Source: a virus (taxonomy: Duplodnaviria > Caudoviricetes). Taken from it: a stretch of DNA of 64,000 nucleotides. The notes under the pieces are model-generated. The model was not told where the DNA came from. It worked only from the letters and a program-made list of their open reading frames with translations, and ran no database searches. Below are positions 20,655-29,687 of the stretch, in pieces (the first letter of the stretch is position 1; each line of letters begins with the position of its first letter). The stretch is taken from positions 64,001 to 128,000 of IMG/VR virus record IMGVR_UViG_3300032216_001891, one strand, 5' to 3'. A program made the position numbers and the translations under genes.

Positions 20655-20857
20655 GCGACACTGCTGTTCGCAGCCTAGCCAAAGCTGTCAGTTGGAGAGT
20701 AACTGGAACTGTTGATACATTTCTTATCAGTTGGTTGATCACCGGTGAAGTGCTGTTGGCATCGGGCATAGCACTGACTGAAATAATCACCAAGATATTT
20801 TTATTTTGGGCACACGAGCGAGTGTGGAATCGCGTTACTTGGGGACAGCAAGACTAA
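20651..20857 (+). CDS. Small membrane protein, DUF2061-like
   Basis: RSLAKAVSWR...HERVW. Confidence 0.8.
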   Translation: MSDTAVRSLAKAVSWRVTGTVDTFLISWLITGEVLLASGIALTEIITKIFLFWAHERVWNRVTWGQQD

Positions 20858-21950
20858 GATTAGTCTCCAACTCCTGCCAGCAGTGATTTAAAAACTCACT
20901 GCTGTAAAATAAATTGTAGTTGTGATTTAATACAGGAGTCATTTCTCTCAACATCATTTCAAGATCTCGATCGCTGTATCCGCAAATTTCTTCAATTACA
21001 TCCGCCACAGCAGTCATGCGTAGAATGGGATCTTCTATATCATCGTAACGTTCATCAAACCAACGACCAAATGTTCTGAAACCGTAACTGCGTAGGTACT
21101 CCAAGTTGTGTGCCGGCCCCACTAGCACAAATGGCATGCGGCTGACAATGGGTTTAAATATTTTTTCAGTTAAATGACATTTGCGATCCCAGTAACAAGT
21201 TTCTGTAACCACATAAACAAAACTTTCCTGTGTTTGTTCCACAGCACTTAATACAAAACTGTGATTGGGTATTGACTCGTGGTCTTGATAATCCACACGC
21301 AATGGCAACTGAACTCTGTCAATGTTGGCGATAGCTCGTTCTGCAAGAGCCGGGCATACGAATGTTGAATTTCTCAAGTTTTCTTGATACGTGCCACCGT
21401 CGGGACAGACATCGTTGTAACTTACATATCCGCACCCAAGTATATCGCGTTCCGCTAGTTCGCCAATCAATAAACTGCGGTACACTCGGGCGCCACTGGT
21501 TAGTCGATTAAATGTGATGTATTTTTTCTTTAACTTTCTTTGTTCGGGTGCAATTAATTGAGAGTTGTAATGATAGCCGCGAAACCAATCGTTTGCAGCA
21601 AAAGCATGATGAAAATAATAAACAACAGGGCAACTGTATCGTTCTTGTATTAGATCCACCGAGTTGGAATTTTTTTCGGTTGTAACCAATATAAACTCAT
21701 TGCCATGTAAAAAATTGTTGCATACGTGATCAAACAAGGGATAATTAAATTCTCCCAGTATGGGTTCTTGATCATAAAATACAAATAGTGGCCCACGTTT
21801 TCCTGGATAATGACTCATGTTGTTCATTAAGAATTCAAAATTTTCTGGCTGAGTTGATCCATAAGGTATTAGGTAAAGTAGTCTTGGATCTGTTACAATA
21901 GTGTTTAAATACGAAAAAATATTTTCGTAATGACTGTGGATATTATACAT
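20835..21950 (-). CDS. Putative GT-B-like glycosyltransferase
   Basis: VVTET...LTEKIFKPI...PFVL...GFRTF...DERYD; paralog of 12638-13621. Confidence 0.5.
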   Translation of the reverse strand: MYNIHSHYENIFSYLNTIVTDPRLLYLIPYGSTQPENFEFLMNNMSHYPGKRGPLFVFYDQEPILGEFNYPLFDHVCNNFLHGNEFILVTTEKNSNSVDLIQERYSCPVVYYFHHAFAANDWFRGYHYNSQLIAPEQRKLKKKYITFNRLTSGARVYRSLLIGELAERDILGCGYVSYNDVCPDGGTYQENLRNSTFVCPALAERAIANIDRVQLPLRVDYQDHESIPNHSFVLSAVEQTQESFVYVVTETCYWDRKCHLTEKIFKPIVSRMPFVLVGPAHNLEYLRSYGFRTFGRWFDERYDDIEDPILRMTAVADVIEEICGYSDRDLEMMLREMTPVLNHNYNLFYSSEFLNHCWQELETNLSLAVPK

Positions 21951-24900
21951 GTTTGATGTTTTTTATTGGGGAACTAAACCCGGTTTATTTGCTTTTGAAC
22001 AGCCTGCTGACAATTTAGATCATGCGGCTACCTTGTCACGAACAGGGCACTACTGGTATATTTATGGGGACAATGACTACACAGGATTTGATTTTGATTA
22101 TCAACCAGCGCCGTGGGAAAGTCAACACATACATGTTTGGCCCAGTCAATGGCAAAGAAACGGTGGAGTGTATCTAGCCAATCAAAACACAGTACACTGT
22201 AGAGAGTGGCATTTTAGGACTGAACAACAGGTGAGGAGACGACCCAACAGAGACTTATGGATCATACCCAGCAACACAGATGTCACAGCGTTTGATTTTT
22301 CGTGGCACCCCGATCCACTAGAGCCCGACTATGAATATCATTTCCCCACACAACACCAACCAGCCGGAGGTCCTGTGTATCAAGGATCAGCTGGTATAAA
22401 ATTATCACAAGATCAAACAGCTCGTGCTGTGCAGTTAATGGAACACTGGCATGTACCCCTTAATATTGATTCTGCTCAATTTGATTTTTCGTGGCACCCC
22501 AATCCACTGGACCCTGCTTATATCTATCAGTTTGCCACTCAGTGGTATGAAGAAGGTGGCCCAGTGTATACAGTTACCGGAGCCACTGAAGTCAAGTACA
22601 TGGATGAGCCTAGATCGCAGATAAACTCCAGCCGAGATAACTGGACAATACTGCATCCTATAATCGAAGACCGCTTTGATTGGAGTTGGCGTCCGCACCC
22701 AAAAGATCCTCCTTACACGTATGTGTTTGGTAATCAGTGGCACAGTCCCGAACGCATGCCCACAGTGGAATATCATGTCCCTGGAGCCACAGAACGCAAA
22801 TACATGAGCATGGTGGCCACCTTGGCACCTGATAAAACACATTGGAAATGTCTCGAGCATATTCAAGGTTTTGATTACAGCTGGGTGCCGGATCCGCTAG
22901 AGCCGCCTTATCGATATGTGTTTGGTAACCAGCATTGGCCTGCCACCATCATGCCCACGTTGACCTACACTGTGCCTGGAGCAACACAAGAAAAGTTTGT
23001 CGATGCTCCTGCGGCTCGATTGGCAGGAGGCATGGAGAACTGGAAAATATTTGAAGACATTGACCATGACCTATGGGACTGGACCTGGCGACCCAACCCG
23101 CGAGATCCTCCGTACACGTATGTATTTGGCAATCAATGGAATCCGCCCGAATACAAAGTTAGTGTACAGTACGAAGTAGAAGGTGCAACCGAACGCAAAT
23201 ACATGGAGTCGCGTACACAGCGGTTACCGCAACCGGAACAATTCAAAAACAAGTTACCAATAGACCAATTTGATTATTCATGGGAACCCAATCCGTTTGA
23301 CCCTCCATTCACCTATGTGTTTGGCAATCAATGGAACCAAGCCAGCCTAGAGCCCACAGTGGAATATCATGTCCCTGGAGCCACAGAAATAAAATACATT
23401 GATGATTTGGTGGCAACGGTGGCACCGTTGATGACCAATTGGGAGATACTTGACGATGTTAAACAGTTTGATTACAGCTGGCGTCCAAATCCCTTTGACC
23501 CACCTTACCGATATGTATTTGGTAACCAGTGGATGGCTCCCGAACAACGCCCTGCTGTGTGTTATGTTGCACCGGGGGCTGAAGAAATAAAATACATGGA
23601 TGAACCCAAGGCACAGCGACACGGCGACCCTGATAGGTTTGATACACATTACGATTGTGAATTTGACTACAGTTGGGAACCGGATCCGGGATCACCTCCT
23701 TACCGATATGTATTTGGTAACCAGTGGTATCCCGCCGAGATCATGCCCACAGTGGAGTATGCAGTGGCTGGAGCTACTGAACGCAAGTTTATGAGCGAGC
23801 CGCGGGCTAGATTGCTACCCTCAAGCGGCAACTGGATAACACACTGTGTGGCTGACTTTGATTATTCGTGGCAACCGGAACCCAAGAGCCCGCTGTATAT
23901 ATTTGTGTTTGGTAACCAACATTGGCCTGCACAAAAGATGCCCACTGTGGAATATCATATGCCCGGTGCAACTGAACGCAAATACATGGACCGGCCCAGG
24001 GCAGTTCTCGTACCCGATAAACAGTTATGGGGCATACCAGAGGAAGTCGATGAAAACAATATTGACTTTAGTTGGGTTCCCGATCCCGGCAATCCTCCTT
24101 ACATTTATCACTTTGGTACTGAGTTCCAAATGAGTGTGGGATTGACCTACACTGTGCCCGGAGCGACCGAGCCCAAGTTTGAAGGCGAAATACCACGTTT
24201 GGTCAAAGAACACGCAGCAATTGATGTGCTGGATATATTCTTTATTGATCGCAACAATGCCACAGCACAGTCACGCTTTGATCGATTAAAAAACCTCTAT
24301 CCTAAAATACAAAAAGTTCGCTTTGCTAATGACATGATGGCAACAATACAACGCTGTATCACCAAAGCTCGCACAAGTAAATTTTGGGTCATTAGTAGCG
24401 AATATAATTATGACCAATTTGATTTTACATGGCATGCTGAGCCGTGGCAAGGTTACATGACGCATGTGTTTCCAAGTCAGCATCAAAAGTGGAGCGACAC
24501 CTACTTGATCAACAAGTGGGAATTTGAGCGTCACAGCACTTGGGCCAAGTCCTTGGAAGAATTCCCCAACTTGAACTTTGTCAAAGATCAAACGGTAAAC
24601 AAGTCTGAGAATAGATATAATATTTACTATGTTGATCATGGCAACCAAGTCAGTCAGCATCAATACGATTACCTACGCAGTGATGTTGTTACCGATGTCG
24701 ACATCATCAAGACACGTTTTGTTGACAGCTACTTGGAAACATTCAAACGCATCATGTCCACAGCCGAAACTGAGTATGTTTGGATCATCAACAGCATTTG
24801 CGATTACACCTGCGGATTTGACTTTACTTGGGAACCGGAACCGTGGCAACGTGAGATGATACATGTATTCCCCAGTGACGCACAAAAGCGTGGCGATACA

Positions 24901-25974
24901 TTTCGTATACATGTGGAATCATTTAAACAACAAATGATTGAACTAGAACTGCTGGATTGGTTCCGCGTGATCAACTATGTTGAAGATCACGCAGTGCCTC
25001 GTTTTTCAATACCGGTACACTATTATGAATCGGACGATTTGGTCACTGAAATAAAAAACTACCAATTCCAAACTCCGTACGTGTTATTTACTAACCAAAA
25101 AGATATACAAATTGAAAGTTCAGAATGCTTGTGGAGTCCCCAAGACCGTGCAGTAGCCAGGTGTAGCCGGTCCGGTGCTACTGTGTTAGTACCCCGTGAC
25201 ATTAAGGTGGATTTGAAGTCACAAATCTACGATTATCCCTACATCAAGGACTCGGTTTATAGGATTAACGACTACTTTATTAACAAATTTCATCCGGGGT
25301 TAGATATCGTATACATTAGTAACGGAGAACCCGACGAACTACGTTGGTATGAACATTTATGCTACATGAGCAACACCACTGACATAGAATGGGTGCGTGG
25401 TGTCAACGGTAGAACAGCCGCCTATCAAGAAGCTGCACGTAGAAGCCGCACACCTTGGTTCTTTGCTGTGTTTGCCAAATTGGAAGTTTTAGGCAACGAG
25501 TTCCCTTGGTTTGATTGGATGCCGGACTATTTCCAAGAACCCAAACACTATATCTTCAACAGCCGTAATCCTGTGAATGGCTTGGAATATGGTCACCAAG
25601 GTGTAATAGCATATAACAAGAGATTGGTATTAGAGAATAATGCTCCAGGAATTGACTTTACCTTGAGTCAACCACATGAATCAGTTCCCATACTGTCTGG
25701 TGTAGCACACTTCAATCAAGATGCTTGGATGACTTGGAGGACTGCGTTCCGCGAAGTGGTCAAACTCAAACATTTCATGGCGGTAGAACCCACAGTGGAA
25801 ACAGAACATAGATTAAACACTTGGCTGACCGTGGCCGAAGGCAATTATGCTGAATACTGTTTGGCCGGTGCCCGGGATGCTGTGGGGTATTACAATGAAG
25901 TTGCGGGAGATTATGAACTACTAAAACTGAGTTTTGACTGGGCCTGGCTGAAACAACGTTTTGACAATAAATAA
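21949..25974 (+). CDS. 1341-aa tandem-repeat protein with degenerate GT-A-like domains
   Basis: About 10 repeats FDYSWxPxPxxPPYxYVFGNQW...PTVEYxVPGATExKY; C-terminal domain similar to 5833-6735. Confidence 0.8.
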   Translation: MFDVFYWGTKPGLFAFEQPADNLDHAATLSRTGHYWYIYGDNDYTGFDFDYQPAPWESQHIHVWPSQWQRNGGVYLANQNTVHCREWHFRTEQQVRRRPNRDLWIIPSNTDVTAFDFSWHPDPLEPDYEYHFPTQHQPAGGPVYQGSAGIKLSQDQTARAVQLMEHWHVPLNIDSAQFDFSWHPNPLDPAYIYQFATQWYEEGGPVYTVTGATEVKYMDEPRSQINSSRDNWTILHPIIEDRFDWSWRPHPKDPPYTYVFGNQWHSPERMPTVEYHVPGATERKYMSMVATLAPDKTHWKCLEHIQGFDYSWVPDPLEPPYRYVFGNQHWPATIMPTLTYTVPGATQEKFVDAPAARLAGGMENWKIFEDIDHDLWDWTWRPNPRDPPYTYVFGNQWNPPEYKVSVQYEVEGATERKYMESRTQRLPQPEQFKNKLPIDQFDYSWEPNPFDPPFTYVFGNQWNQASLEPTVEYHVPGATEIKYIDDLVATVAPLMTNWEILDDVKQFDYSWRPNPFDPPYRYVFGNQWMAPEQRPAVCYVAPGAEEIKYMDEPKAQRHGDPDRFDTHYDCEFDYSWEPDPGSPPYRYVFGNQWYPAEIMPTVEYAVAGATERKFMSEPRARLLPSSGNWITHCVADFDYSWQPEPKSPLYIFVFGNQHWPAQKMPTVEYHMPGATERKYMDRPRAVLVPDKQLWGIPEEVDENNIDFSWVPDPGNPPYIYHFGTEFQMSVGLTYTVPGATEPKFEGEIPRLVKEHAAIDVLDIFFIDRNNATAQSRFDRLKNLYPKIQKVRFANDMMATIQRCITKARTSKFWVISSEYNYDQFDFTWHAEPWQGYMTHVFPSQHQKWSDTYLINKWEFERHSTWAKSLEEFPNLNFVKDQTVNKSENRYNIYYVDHGNQVSQHQYDYLRSDVVTDVDIIKTRFVDSYLETFKRIMSTAETEYVWIINSICDYTCGFDFTWEPEPWQREMIHVFPSDAQKRGDTFRIHVESFKQQMIELELLDWFRVINYVEDHAVPRFSIPVHYYESDDLVTEIKNYQFQTPYVLFTNQKDIQIESSECLWSPQDRAVARCSRSGATVLVPRDIKVDLKSQIYDYPYIKDSVYRINDYFINKFHPGLDIVYISNGEPDELRWYEHLCYMSNTTDIEWVRGVNGRTAAYQEAARRSRTPWFFAVFAKLEVLGNEFPWFDWMPDYFQEPKHYIFNSRNPVNGLEYGHQGVIAYNKRLVLENNAPGIDFTLSQPHESVPILSGVAHFNQDAWMTWRTAFREVVKLKHFMAVEPTVETEHRLNTWLTVAEGNYAEYCLAGARDAVGYYNEVAGDYELLKLSFDWAWLKQRFDNK
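22285..24183 (+). repeat. Intragenic array of ~195-200-bp (about 65-aa) repeats
   Basis: Identical 37-mer at 22758-22794 and 23352-23388; identical 30-mer at 23503-23532 and 23698-23727. Confidence 0.85.
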
Positions 25975-25978
25975 TAAT

Positions 25979-26647
25979 ATGAGATCCAGTGAATTTATAA
26001 CATCCAACAGAGTAGCAGATTTAACTCCTGCTCAATTTAAACGTGTCTTTGAAAGTATTATTGACCCTAATATTATACTAGAAGCAGACATTCCGCCGCA
26101 GGCTGCCCAACAGGTTAAACAGGCATCTGGGTCAACTCTACAAGCTATTATGTCTCAACCAGCGGCCGCTGTACAAAACTTTGATGCAAAAATAGATCAA
26201 CTAGAAAAACAGGCCTCTGCTAAATTTGGCCCACAAGTGATGCAACATATAAGAAACTACCGACGCTGGGCTAAAAGAAATCCATTGACGCAGGCCGCAA
26301 TTTTAGCTGCTGTTAGTGTTGTAGTAAGTTTAGTAGCTCCTGAAGGTGCCGCTGGCGTGGCAATTACTGCCATTGCTGCAGGGTTTTTGCAAACAGTTGA
26401 TGAATTGGTATTGGGTAAAAAAGCCAGCGAAGCAGTTTCACGCGGAGTAGAAACCGGCGCTGTAGTTGGAGGTATAGGTACTTTTCTAAATTGGGCTGCA
26501 GATACAGAACTGGTAAAAAGTGCCGCACATTGGTTTGGTGATGTAGTTGGCGATGTAGCAAGGAATACTCACGCAGTCAAAGCAGTTGCTAAGGTAGGAG
26601 TTAATGCTCTTGCCAATCGAGTGCAAAGTCCTTTTACTTCGTATTAA
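25979..26647 (+). CDS. Putative late, virion-internal protein
   Basis: ATAAATA at 25967-25973 just before the ATG; MRSSEFIT N-terminus; Ala/Gly/Val-rich hydrophobic helices. Confidence 0.55.
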   Translation: MRSSEFITSNRVADLTPAQFKRVFESIIDPNIILEADIPPQAAQQVKQASGSTLQAIMSQPAAAVQNFDAKIDQLEKQASAKFGPQVMQHIRNYRRWAKRNPLTQAAILAAVSVVVSLVAPEGAAGVAITAIAAGFLQTVDELVLGKKASEAVSRGVETGAVVGGIGTFLNWAADTELVKSAAHWFGDVVGDVARNTHAVKAVAKVGVNALANRVQSPFTSY

Positions 26648-26659
26648 CGCAAATACTAG

Positions 26660-27004
26660 ATGCGTATAAATGAAATTTCCGTACCTCAATATAAAGAAAT
26701 AGAATTTGTCTGTGCCAATGCCGAGCATCCTGACGCTACAGATCCCGCTGTACAACGAAAACTGTATAGAGAATTACAAAAAATCCCCGGAGTAATACCT
26801 TTATATCAAGATTGGACCGATTACAGTGAAGGTCAATATAGTTTAAGTGCTATATATAAAGACCGTGCTGTTCGTGGTAAAATTTTATCACTGGCTCGGC
26901 AGTTGGGCGTTGATGTTGACTTGGAACAAACAGTGGATGGGGACTATGTTGATCGTGCCTTAACAGGTAGTCACGAAGGACAAATTAACGCAAGTAATTC
27001 TTAA
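26660..27004 (+). CDS. Putative late protein
   Basis: CAAATA motif just upstream; MRINEI N-terminus. Confidence 0.55.
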   Translation: MRINEISVPQYKEIEFVCANAEHPDATDPAVQRKLYRELQKIPGVIPLYQDWTDYSEGQYSLSAIYKDRAVRGKILSLARQLGVDVDLEQTVDGDYVDRALTGSHEGQINASNS

Positions 27005-28091
27005 CGCTATTAGCGACCCGTTCAACTTCTAAATCGGTGAGTTCAGGATAAATCGGTAGGCTGATTGCTTCTCTCGAAAACGCTGTAGATTCTCTAAACA
27101 ATTCTCTAGCATAGTCAATATAGTCATAGCCTACGGGCAATTCAAACAAGGGCGTGTCATAATGGAAACGTGAGTCAATTTCACAACTCTGTAAGTAATC
27201 ACGCAGGCCATGACGTTCACTCAGCCGTATTACAAATTTACTCCAAGCCGAAGTTACGTGTTCTCCGGGTAATACTACATCTACATATTCAGCGAGTTCT
27301 TGTGTGTAGTATTCGGCGATCTCCTGTCTACGTGTCTGCCAAGCATCAAAATATTTGAGTTTGACCAACATCTGAGTTGCATCGCTTTCGCTCATTTTAC
27401 TGTTGGTGCCAAATCCTTGATGCCCCATGTGCTTGCCATTGTCACGCAGGTCCATTACATCTTCATACATGACTTGACTGTCGGTGAGTACCATGCCACC
27501 CGATCCGTAGTTGTTTAGATTCTTAGTGGGATCAAAACTCAACACACTGATGTCACCGAGACTGCCCGAGGGTTGATCCTTGTACCTGGCACCAAAACTC
27601 TGTGCAGCATCTTCTATCACACGTATGTTGCTGTTGAAAAACTCTGTTTGCAGTCTAAATCTATCATAGTCTACAACATGCCCAAACAGGTTGGCATACA
27701 TGATACAGTTAACACCAGCTCCGGTTAGGGCCATGTCCATGCTTTCTAAATCTATTAGTGCTGCATCATCAGTGTCGCAAAACACCGGAGTATTGCCGGT
27801 ATACAGCACCGAGTTAATAGTGGCTGCAAAACTCAAGGTGGGAATTAACACACGAGATTCCTGTGGCAATGTCACTTGTTGTGCAAAAATCAATCCCTGT
27901 GTGGCACTGTTCACTGCAACTGCATATTCTCGACCACATCGACGGGCTATGGCTGTTTCAAACTGTTGAGTACATTCACCATCCAACACCTGCCCGGATC
28001 GGTACACTTGATCCACGGCATCAAGTATCTCTTCACGCAGAGTCAAGTATTGACGATCAACGCCGAAGAAGGGTATCTGTGATCCACTCAT
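26985..28091 (-). CDS. DegT/DnrJ/EryC1/StrS PLP-dependent sugar aminotransferase
   Basis: VNSAT, IEDAAQSFGA, SFDPTKNL (PLP lysine), SLPIYPEL; start MSGSQIPFFG. Confidence 0.9.
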   Translation of the reverse strand: MSGSQIPFFGVDRQYLTLREEILDAVDQVYRSGQVLDGECTQQFETAIARRCGREYAVAVNSATQGLIFAQQVTLPQESRVLIPTLSFAATINSVLYTGNTPVFCDTDDAALIDLESMDMALTGAGVNCIMYANLFGHVVDYDRFRLQTEFFNSNIRVIEDAAQSFGARYKDQPSGSLGDISVLSFDPTKNLNNYGSGGMVLTDSQVMYEDVMDLRDNGKHMGHQGFGTNSKMSESDATQMLVKLKYFDAWQTRRQEIAEYYTQELAEYVDVVLPGEHVTSAWSKFVIRLSERHGLRDYLQSCEIDSRFHYDTPLFELPVGYDYIDYARELFRESTAFSREAISLPIYPELTDLEVERVANSVKNYLR

Positions 28092-29013
28092 GATATTTTT
28101 TAAATCCTGACTCAATGTCTGTGGTGCCACGATAACCAAAGTCTTCGCCAGCACGTATGTTACTTAATGTTCCTCTTGATGGGAATCTAGGATTGGCATC
28201 GACAATTTTTATTCTGCCACCACCGGCTATGGCGACAGCCAATTCAGCAGCCTCTACCAAACTTCTGGCCTCACCTCTAGTTATGTTGTATGTTCTACCA
28301 CTGCTGTTGAAATTGACAGCGGCACGTACAATACCCTCCACTACATCATCCACATAGGTGAAATCCAAACGTTCTCTAGCACCACACACAGTTAATTCTT
28401 CATTGCGTATGGCCGAGAGCAAGAATCTACTTACAACTCTATCAACAACATCATGCGGGCCATACACAGCACTGGGCCGAATCACAACATGGTCAATGCC
28501 AGCTGTTCTACAAAGATCACGTGTGAGTGTTTCACCAGCGAGTTTTAATATTCCGTAGATGCCGCGTGGTCGGCACTGCATATCTTCATAGGCCAAGGGA
28601 GCAAAGTCACCGTACACCATACTGCTACTGATATAGACAAATCTACGCAAGCGAACCTGTTCACTGGCACGTAGTAGATTTATCAAGCCCTGTGTCAGCA
28701 CTTGACTGCCTTCAGTGGGATTCAAATCCACGGCCTTGGCTCGAGGATATGCTGCACAGTGTATAACCACATCCGGGCGACATTCTTCAAACGCAGTTAC
28801 GACATAATTGTAGTTTCTAATGTCTACATTGTGTATGCTCTGTGTTTGAATACGATCAAGACGTTGTTGATGTAGGGGAGTTAATTCTGATTCAGGTATA
28901 ATACCATAGTTGGTGAAGTTGTCCAGCACACAGACTTCATGTCCTTGCTGTTCCAATAGTCGTACTATGTTGTGTCCAATAAATCCAGCACCGCCGGTTA
29001 CTAGAAATTTCAT
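28057..29013 (-). CDS. NAD-dependent nucleotide-sugar epimerase/dehydratase
   Basis: TGGAGFIG, SSSMVYG, YGILK (YxxxK), DFTYVDD. Confidence 0.92.
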   Translation of the reverse strand: MKFLVTGGAGFIGHNIVRLLEQQGHEVCVLDNFTNYGIIPESELTPLHQQRLDRIQTQSIHNVDIRNYNYVVTAFEECRPDVVIHCAAYPRAKAVDLNPTEGSQVLTQGLINLLRASEQVRLRRFVYISSSMVYGDFAPLAYEDMQCRPRGIYGILKLAGETLTRDLCRTAGIDHVVIRPSAVYGPHDVVDRVVSRFLLSAIRNEELTVCGARERLDFTYVDDVVEGIVRAAVNFNSSGRTYNITRGEARSLVEAAELAVAIAGGGRIKIVDANPRFPSRGTLSNIRAGEDFGYRGTTDIESGFKKYHEWITDTLLRR

Positions 29014-29687
29014 TGTACAAATTCACCAGCCATGGGAAATATTTCTGCAATGACACCGGCACAGGCACGAGCAATCTCTTGATGCTCCAGTTGTGTACCA
29101 TTGGCACTGCGAAGTTCTATGTAGTGAATCCAACTACGCAAGGTGCCGTTCATGTAGAGTCTACTCACTGTATTACCCTCGGGCAACACAGCACGGGCCT
29201 GTTCTTTGGCAATGCCGTTGCGTACAGCCCATGTGTAAGTTTCTCGAGCTAGGTCAATCACAGCCTGTTGTCGTTCCTGCCAAGTTTCTCGAAGAATTTG
29301 ATTTGACACAGAGTCTTCCAGCTCAATACTGTTTTGACGATTTTTAGTATCTTGTAAACGTGCTTGTCTTGTAACAAAACTTAAATCTTGTGTGGGATCT
29401 GCATAGCGTTGACTAAACTCTTGGAAACTAAAACTTCTATGACGCAACATCTGTCTTGCAATGTCTCTAGTAGTGGTAATTTCCAAACAGGCCGACACCA
29501 TTTCCAATGGACTCCAGTGTTGATGTTTGACCAAGTATCTAATTAATCGTTCACTGGTTTCAGTATTGATTTGATTTGATGGATTACTGACTCTTGCACA
29601 GAACGCTACCAGTTCCTGTACGTTGTTTACCTCAGACTCCAGCATGTCTTGGCTGGGAGCAGAATAACTTATTAATTTAACTTGCAT
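29010..29687 (-). CDS. thyX: Flavin-dependent thymidylate synthase
   Basis: RHRSFSFQEFSQRY signature, HWSPLE, KEQARAVLP. Confidence 0.95.
   Translation of the reverse strand: MQVKLISYSAPSQDMLESEVNNVQELVAFCARVSNPSNQINTETSERLIRYLVKHQHWSPLEMVSACLEITTTRDIARQMLRHRSFSFQEFSQRYADPTQDLSFVTRQARLQDTKNRQNSIELEDSVSNQILRETWQERQQAVIDLARETYTWAVRNGIAKEQARAVLPEGNTVSRLYMNGTLRSWIHYIELRSANGTQLEHQEIARACAGVIAEIFPMAGEFVQ

Noticed and set aside
22285-24183. Regular ~200-bp repeats as a possible CRISPR array or DGR template/variable repeat
   Set aside because: In-frame protein repeats with mainly synonymous divergence; no spacer structure, no adenine-specific pattern, no RT or cas genes in the window
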